A stretch of DNA of 49,584 nt from Crocinitomicaceae bacterium. GTDB lineage: Bacteria > Bacteroidota > Bacteroidia > Flavobacteriales_D > Crocinitomicaceae. The notes below the pieces were generated by a model, which was not told the DNA's origin, did no database searches, and saw only the letters and a list, made by a program, of their open reading frames with translations. Positions 44,677 to 49,584 of the stretch are shown piece by piece. Each line of letters starts with the position of its first letter. The stretch's first letter is position 1. Location: NCBI GenBank assembly GCA_041596895.1, contig JBFHHS010000001.1, positions 1 to 49,584 of the forward strand. Direction: 5' to 3'. The translations under genes and the position numbers were made by a program.

Positions 44677-45300
44677 TCACCGCTTCACAATTTCTATTTC
44701 ATGTGAATGCTGAATGACTAACCCTTCTGATTCGAGTTTTTTCATAGTGCGACTAATTACTTCTCGCGCAGTTCCGAGTTCATTTGCAATTTGTCGATGA
44801 GAAATTTTTATTGGATTTTTTCCAGTGAGCTGTGATTTTTTAGTCAAATGATCGAGTAAACGTTTGTCAAGTTTGTCAAATAATACATGATTAATGGTGT
44901 CTAACATTTCTCCATAGCGCATGTTATATTGTTGAAAGAAAAGCGCATTCATATCTGGAAATTGTTTGATCCATTTCAATACTGAGTCTACTGGAAGCAA
45001 TAGAGCCTTGGTTGGTTCTTCGGTCACGGCAAATACGCGGGACGGTTCATTTTTGAGACTAGCTGCAAAAGACATAATACAGCTTTCATTTGGTTTAATG
45101 TAGTAAAGTAGTAGTTCCTTGTCTTCATGTTGTGTATAAACTCTAATTAATCCGTCAAGTACAATAGGAATTACCTTGATGTATTGGCCACTCTTCAAGA
45201 TTTCCATTTCGGCTGGAAGTTCTTGAATAATTCCTTCTTGCTCAAAAGCATGAATGAGGTCTAGGGAAAGATTACTTAACTGTTGAAACTCCTGAAGCAT
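44677..45300 (-). CDS. Crp/Fnr-family transcriptional regulator
   Basis: It has an N-terminal cNMP-binding-like beta-roll and a C-terminal HTH (SHRQIANELGTAREVISRTMKKLESEGLV). Confidence 0.88.
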   Translation of the reverse strand: MLQEFQQLSNLSLDLIHAFEQEGIIQELPAEMEILKSGQYIKVIPIVLDGLIRVYTQHEDKELLLYYIKPNESCIMSFAASLKNEPSRVFAVTEEPTKALLLPVDSVLKWIKQFPDMNALFFQQYNMRYGEMLDTINHVLFDKLDKRLLDHLTKKSQLTGKNPIKISHRQIANELGTAREVISRTMKKLESEGLVIQHSHEIEIVKR

Positions 45301-45304
45301 TGTT

Positions 45305-46459
45305 CTAAATTAATCCGGTTGCTACTTCTCGTGATATTTTATCAATGTGGATATAATCTTCTATGGTAGGGTTTAGAATTACTTCCACCAATTTAAGTGT
45401 TTCAGCATTGATTCTAGGGATATCTAAAAATGAGATTTTTTCCTTCAAAAAAGCATCCACGGCAATTTCATTTGCAGCGTTTAAGGTACAAGCAGCAGTT
45501 CCTCCAGTTTCTAACACATCAAATGCTAATTGAAGGTTAGTAAACGTTTCTATATCCGGTTTTTCAAAAGTCAATTGCGGGTAATCTAAGAAATTGAATC
45601 TTGGAAAATCAGAAGAAATTCGTTCTGGATAAGTAAACGCATATTGTATGGGCAACTTCATATCTGGTAATCCCATTTGCGCCTTCATACTGCCGTCTTC
45701 AAATTGTACAATTGAATGTATGATTGATTGTGGGTGGACAATGACGTCGATTTGTTCGGGCTTCAGGTTGAACAACCATTTTGCTTCAATGACTTCAAGA
45801 CCTTTATTCATTAAAGTGGCTGAATCTATCGTAATTTTTGCTCCCATTTCCCAGTTTGGATGCTTCAAAGCTTGTGCTTTTGTTACTTGCATCAATTGCT
45901 CTTTGCTATAACCTCGAAATGGTCCGCCTGAAGCCGTCAGGTAAATTTTCTCAATTTTATTATGAAATTCGCCTGCTAAGCATTGAAAAATTGCAGAATG
46001 TTCCGAGTCAACAGGATAAATATTGACCCCATTTTCTAATGCTTCTTTTGTTACGATTTCTCCTGCAACAACTAATGTTTCTTTATTTGCTAACGCGATA
46101 TTTTTCTTGGCACGTATTGCTGAAAGTGTTGGTCTGAGTCCTGCATACCCAACCATTGCAGTAAGTACCGTATCAATTTCGTTCGATTCTACAACTTGTG
46201 CAAGGGCGTCTTCTCCAGTATAAACATGAATATCATGATCCCATAGTGCTGTTTTAACTTTTTCAAAATGCGTATCATCAACGATAACTACAGTATTTGG
46301 TTTAAACTTTATAGCTTGTTCAATTAATAAGTCAGCACTGCTGTTTGCTGTGATTACTTGTAAATCAAAATGATCAGGATGAGACTCAATGACATCCAAA
46401 GCTTGAGTTCCAATTGAACCTGTCGAGCCTAAAATTGCGATTCCTTTCTTTTGTTGCAT
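45305..46459 (-). CDS. dxr: 1-deoxy-D-xylulose-5-phosphate reductoisomerase
   Basis: IAILGSTGSIGTQALDV, LANKETLV, DSEHSAIFQC, HPNW.MG.KITIDSAT..NKGLE.IEA and HPQSIIHS blocks are present. Confidence 0.95.
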   Translation of the reverse strand: MQQKKGIAILGSTGSIGTQALDVIESHPDHFDLQVITANSSADLLIEQAIKFKPNTVVIVDDTHFEKVKTALWDHDIHVYTGEDALAQVVESNEIDTVLTAMVGYAGLRPTLSAIRAKKNIALANKETLVVAGEIVTKEALENGVNIYPVDSEHSAIFQCLAGEFHNKIEKIYLTASGGPFRGYSKEQLMQVTKAQALKHPNWEMGAKITIDSATLMNKGLEVIEAKWLFNLKPEQIDVIVHPQSIIHSIVQFEDGSMKAQMGLPDMKLPIQYAFTYPERISSDFPRFNFLDYPQLTFEKPDIETFTNLQLAFDVLETGGTAACTLNAANEIAVDAFLKEKISFLDIPRINAETLKLVEVILNPTIEDYIHIDKISREVATGLI

Positions 46460-46540
46460 GGTACAAAAATAAGGTTTATAAAAAAGTCTGTAACGAATAA
46501 TGGCAAACTATCTTATGAGTATGAACTCAAAACTATTCTA

Positions 46541-47575
46541 ATGAAAACAATTCTCTTTTTAGCGATTGCCTTTCCATTCACTGCCCTTGCACAAAACAGT
46601 GCATCGAATTATATTCAATTTTACCTGAATAGAGTGAAGTATTCTAAAAAAGACGATGTAGGTTTTAGGTACAGTTACGATACAATAGGGGTGAAGAATA
46701 ACAATATTCAAAAGGTTGATGTAAAACGATCTTACAGGGGAAAACCTAAGTCAAATTATCAAGTTTTGTTTACACAAACAGGAGAGGTTTCTGCAATTCA
46801 CCGAAAGAATGATTCAACTTTTTATACGTATGATAATGGAAATTTAATTGAATCGGTTTCAACAGGTAAAAAAGGGATACGTGTGGAGTACGGGTATAAT
46901 GGAAACAACATAGAATTCAAGGAGTCGTTCGCTAAGGATAAGCTCTTGAATAGATTAGTGGTGAATTATAACGATGCGGATGATGTTGTGCTGAGTATGT
47001 TTCAGACAGGAAGAAACTTGAAAAATACATATGTCATGAGGTATACATATACAGATGATAAAATATCAACTCAACAGTTCTATAAAAACAATAAGATTAT
47101 AAAAAAATGGGATTTCAAATGTAAACCAGAAGGACTTGAAGCGTCTTCGAAAGAATTGACAAATGTTTGCAAGTATGCTGAAGAAAGTAATGACGGGTCG
47201 TACATTGAATATGTTAGAAGGGTTGAGGATAAAAAAGTGAGATTGTTTAAGTATTATTACCGAGCAGATTCGACAAATTATAGGTCTGAGATTTATAAAA
47301 ATGATTCCATTTTAATCATGCAAACTAAAATTTCTGAAACAGAAAGACACCAAACAAATTTTACAGACAAAGGAAAGGTTTCTATGATTTATATCGCAAA
47401 ATTTGATCAGAATCACAGACCAATAGAAACAGTCTATGCTAACAAGGGAAACCTTAATAAAGTGAGTGTTACAACAACAAGTTATAATAATGACGGAACG
47501 GTGAGAGAAAAACAATACTCTTATAGAGGGAAAATGAACTCTAAATACACCTATGTATATTCTAAGTATTTATAA
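46541..47575 (+). CDS. Secreted hypothetical protein with YD/RHS-like short repeats
   Basis: The start is chosen at MKTILFLAIAFPFTALAQ. It has recurrent Y.YD/N.G motifs (FRYSYDTIG, FYTYDNGNLIE, VEYGYNGNNIEF, YTYTDDKIS, SYNNDGTVREKQYSYRGK). The family is not recognised with certainty. Confidence 0.6.
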   Translation: MKTILFLAIAFPFTALAQNSASNYIQFYLNRVKYSKKDDVGFRYSYDTIGVKNNNIQKVDVKRSYRGKPKSNYQVLFTQTGEVSAIHRKNDSTFYTYDNGNLIESVSTGKKGIRVEYGYNGNNIEFKESFAKDKLLNRLVVNYNDADDVVLSMFQTGRNLKNTYVMRYTYTDDKISTQQFYKNNKIIKKWDFKCKPEGLEASSKELTNVCKYAEESNDGSYIEYVRRVEDKKVRLFKYYYRADSTNYRSEIYKNDSILIMQTKISETERHQTNFTDKGKVSMIYIAKFDQNHRPIETVYANKGNLNKVSVTTTSYNNDGTVREKQYSYRGKMNSKYTYVYSKYL

Positions 47576-47584
47576 TTTTGCACC

Positions 47585-48052
47585 ATGAAATATCGTATGC
47601 TTACTGGTGAAGAGTTAGAAGTGTTAGCTGAAGATTTAAAGCACTTTTTAATTGTAAATGGTGTACACGACGAAGAGTGGAGAGAAATGAATGTTTCTGA
47701 TATTCCAAAAGCGACAAGTCTTGTTGAGCTTTTCTCAGATACGGTTCTTCAGAAAGTGTACGAGAAGATTCAATTTATTGAACATAGAACAGCATCCTCT
47801 TGTATGGTATTCAAATTAAACAAAGATCATATTGAGCTAATTTCATTGAATGTAAAACCGAATTCTCAGGTGGACTTATCTACACCTGAATCTATCCATG
47901 AAGCACTCGTAAATTCACCGGAAGAGCTGACATTTTTTAAATCCGAGAAAAATTATTCTAAAGAAAGGGAGGAGGAAATTCACGAAATGTTAGAACAGGG
48001 TTGCGTGAATTCTTCCAAAGAATTTTGGGACGCATTGAGTAATACGATTTAG
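47585..48052 (+). CDS. Conserved-looking cytoplasmic hypothetical protein
   Basis: A 155-aa acidic ORF (MKYRMLTGEELEVLAEDLKHFLIVNGVHDEEWREMN...) lies 9 nt after the previous gene. It has no signal peptide. It resembles an uncharacterised Flavobacteriia DUF, but I cannot name it reliably. Confidence 0.6.
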   Translation: MKYRMLTGEELEVLAEDLKHFLIVNGVHDEEWREMNVSDIPKATSLVELFSDTVLQKVYEKIQFIEHRTASSCMVFKLNKDHIELISLNVKPNSQVDLSTPESIHEALVNSPEELTFFKSEKNYSKEREEEIHEMLEQGCVNSSKEFWDALSNTI

Positions 48053-48161
48053 CTTAGGAAGCATTATTTAGACTGGAACTAAATAACTGATTCGTAGTGT
48101 TTTGATATAGGTTTTAATTGCGCTTTTTTTACTTTTGCTAATGTTAGCAAATACTAGCATT

Positions 48162-49584
48162 ATGACTAAAACACTACTCCTACTGACGGCACTATTTTGT
48201 GCATTTTCTACTTTTTCGCAAAAAACAGTACAATTTCGAATTTCTATAGTTTATTCTGATGTCGATGACATGGATGGGTTTGGCGCTGGAGATAGCGATC
48301 CACAATGGGATTATGAAATTGACGATTTAACATTCGGAACCAATAATAATGGAAGTACGGAATTGGGAGGAACGGATTGTCCTTATACGCGCACTCTAAA
48401 CGATCAATTTTATTCTGAAACGTTTGATTGTGATTTACCATCAAATTATAGGTTTACATGGAGTGGATTTGAAGATGATGCTATCGGAAGTGATGCAAAT
48501 ACAGGGAATCAAATTGTAAACTTTACAAGCGCAGCCATTAATCCAAATCAAACGGCATGGACAAATGCGATTGCATATCAAACGGCAACTGCAAGTGGTG
48601 ATCCTTGTGGATCTGGTGGAACGGTAACTTGGAGAATTCAGCTTCAATACCGCGTTTTAGGAACAACTCTGTGTCATGATGAATGCATCGACCCGTATGT
48701 TTTACCAACGGCTCAAGAGTATAATTGTGGTGCATCTCAAACAAGTACGGCTTTAAATATTCCGGTTTATGCAGCAGAACCTGCGGATGCTTCAGAACCT
48801 GGCCATCCTTCAGATCCATTGATTATTGCAGAATGTGGAGCAGGTATTATTCAAGGTTCTTCACCAGAAGATGTTTGGGTACAAACAACAATTCCTCCGA
48901 ATACCGGGGGGGTAACTATTCAGTTTGAAAATCAAGGTGGATGTACTGGCTTCTTATGTCAAACCAATGTTTCGTACGCTTGGTATACAAGTTCGGATGG
49001 AACGTGCAATGGATTGGAGTATAGAGGTTGTGGAGCAGTGAGTTGTTTTTTAGGTTGTAGTGATGGTGAAATTCAAGTGGATGGGATTGCCGGAGAAGAT
49101 GTTTGGGTTCGTATTTGGGAAGAAGATGATCAAGGTCATCATATTGTTATTAACGAAATTACTCCAACTGCACCAGCAGATAATTGTTACACTGCAATTC
49201 CACTTGGAGCAACAGGTTGCAACTATCAGGCTACATCACCTTCTTCTGGTACCTATGCAGAGCCAGACCTAAGTTCATGGACTTCTGGGGCGCATCCTGG
49301 AGGCTGTCAAGATGGTGATTCAGACCCAACTACGAATACGATTTGGTCATCAAATGAAAACATGGTTTGGTATTCATATACGCATCCTGGTGGAGATTTT
49401 GACCTTGCTATAGATAACATGGTTTGTACGGGTGGTGCAGCTACTGCACAAATTGGAATTTTTACTAATTCTGGAACACCAACAGACGTAACATGTGATT
49501 TGGCAACTGAAACAGGTTGGGGCTGCTCCGTTGGTCAAGGTGCTGTACAATTGTCCGTAGCATCATTGCCTCCGGGTAACTACA
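48162..49584 (+). CDS. Secreted Cys-rich large protein, 5' fragment (runs off the right edge); probable T9SS-type cargo
   Basis: The ATG at 48162 encodes MTKTLLLLTALFCAFSTFSQ (signal peptide). The frame stays open for 474 codons to the window end, which is why it is missing from the ORF track. Two Cys-rich jelly-roll-like modules resemble the N-terminal module of the 19721-21010 cargo. Confidence 0.8.
   Translation, partial: MTKTLLLLTALFCAFSTFSQKTVQFRISIVYSDVDDMDGFGAGDSDPQWDYEIDDLTFGTNNNGSTELGGTDCPYTRTLNDQFYSETFDCDLPSNYRFTWSGFEDDAIGSDANTGNQIVNFTSAAINPNQTAWTNAIAYQTATASGDPCGSGGTVTWRIQLQYRVLGTTLCHDECIDPYVLPTAQEYNCGASQTSTALNIPVYAAEPADASEPGHPSDPLIIAECGAGIIQGSSPEDVWVQTTIPPNTGGVTIQFENQGGCTGFLCQTNVSYAWYTSSDGTCNGLEYRGCGAVSCFLGCSDGEIQVDGIAGEDVWVRIWEEDDQGHHIVINEITPTAPADNCYTAIPLGATGCNYQATSPSSGTYAEPDLSSWTSGAHPGGCQDGDSDPTTNTIWSSNENMVWYSYTHPGGDFDLAIDNMVCTGGAATAQIGIFTNSGTPTDVTCDLATETGWGCSVGQGAVQLSVASLPPGNY

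Noticed and set aside
48064-48086. Hairpin TTATTTAG-actggaa-CTAAATAA after the 47585-48052 gene, considered as a terminator
   Set aside because: The stem is entirely A/T with only a single G:C pair, and no clear U-run follows. It is too weak to call.
48244-49272. Five short track ORFs on both strands (48244-48444, 48441-48647, 48538-48819, 48725-48928, 49060-49272)
   Set aside because: All lie inside the long open-ended frame that starts at 48162. That frame has a signal peptide and domain-like sequence. The short ORFs have odd Cys/Arg/His-rich compositions typical of off-frame translation.

Overview
This 49.6-kb window looks like ordinary chromosome from a low-GC Bacteroidota genome, probably Flavobacteriia-like. 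That placement is an inference from T9SS C-terminal sorting domains, a PorP/SprF gene, TAnnTTTG-type -7 boxes and the lack of Shine-Dalgarno sites. I support about 40 protein genes, one tRNA-Asn(GTT) and several rho-independent terminators. I see no CRISPR array, transposase, integrase or rRNA.

Recognisable housekeeping genes:
- uvrC, dprA, kdsB and dxr.
- A PpiD-like peptidylprolyl isomerase.
- An Amidase_3/SPOR cell-wall amidase.
- A TonB-dependent receptor and a C1 peptidase.
- A complete, translationally coupled histidine operon, hisG-D-C-B-H-A-F-IE, on the minus strand. It is preceded by a His-codon-rich 20-codon leader ORF and an intrinsic terminator, so it is a candidate attenuator.

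The accessory-looking part is 14.7-26.2 kb:
- A PrcB-like lipoprotein lies convergent to a 1176-aa S8 subtilase that carries a T9SS type-A CTD.
- A T9SS type-B (gliding-motility CTD) cargo gene is tightly coupled to a PorP/SprF gene.
- Divergent from these is a 1685-aa gene. It encodes a signal peptide, an N-terminal OM beta-barrel-like domain, 14 tandem Cys-bracketed Ig-like repeats, a short Cys/His (ICH...HGD..G.C) module and a Lys-rich tail.
- That inverse-autotransporter-like layout is my best candidate for something not yet described. This is inference only and needs database and structure searches.

Other oddities:
- A roughly 35-bp palindromic terminator is present twice, flanking a single OmpA-like gene.
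- A strong terminator and a small ORF sit directly upstream of a GT-C-type membrane protein gene.
- A barrel-only Omp85-like gene is followed by a beta-propeller gene.
- An open-ended 474-codon CDS at the right edge is absent from the supplied ORF track.
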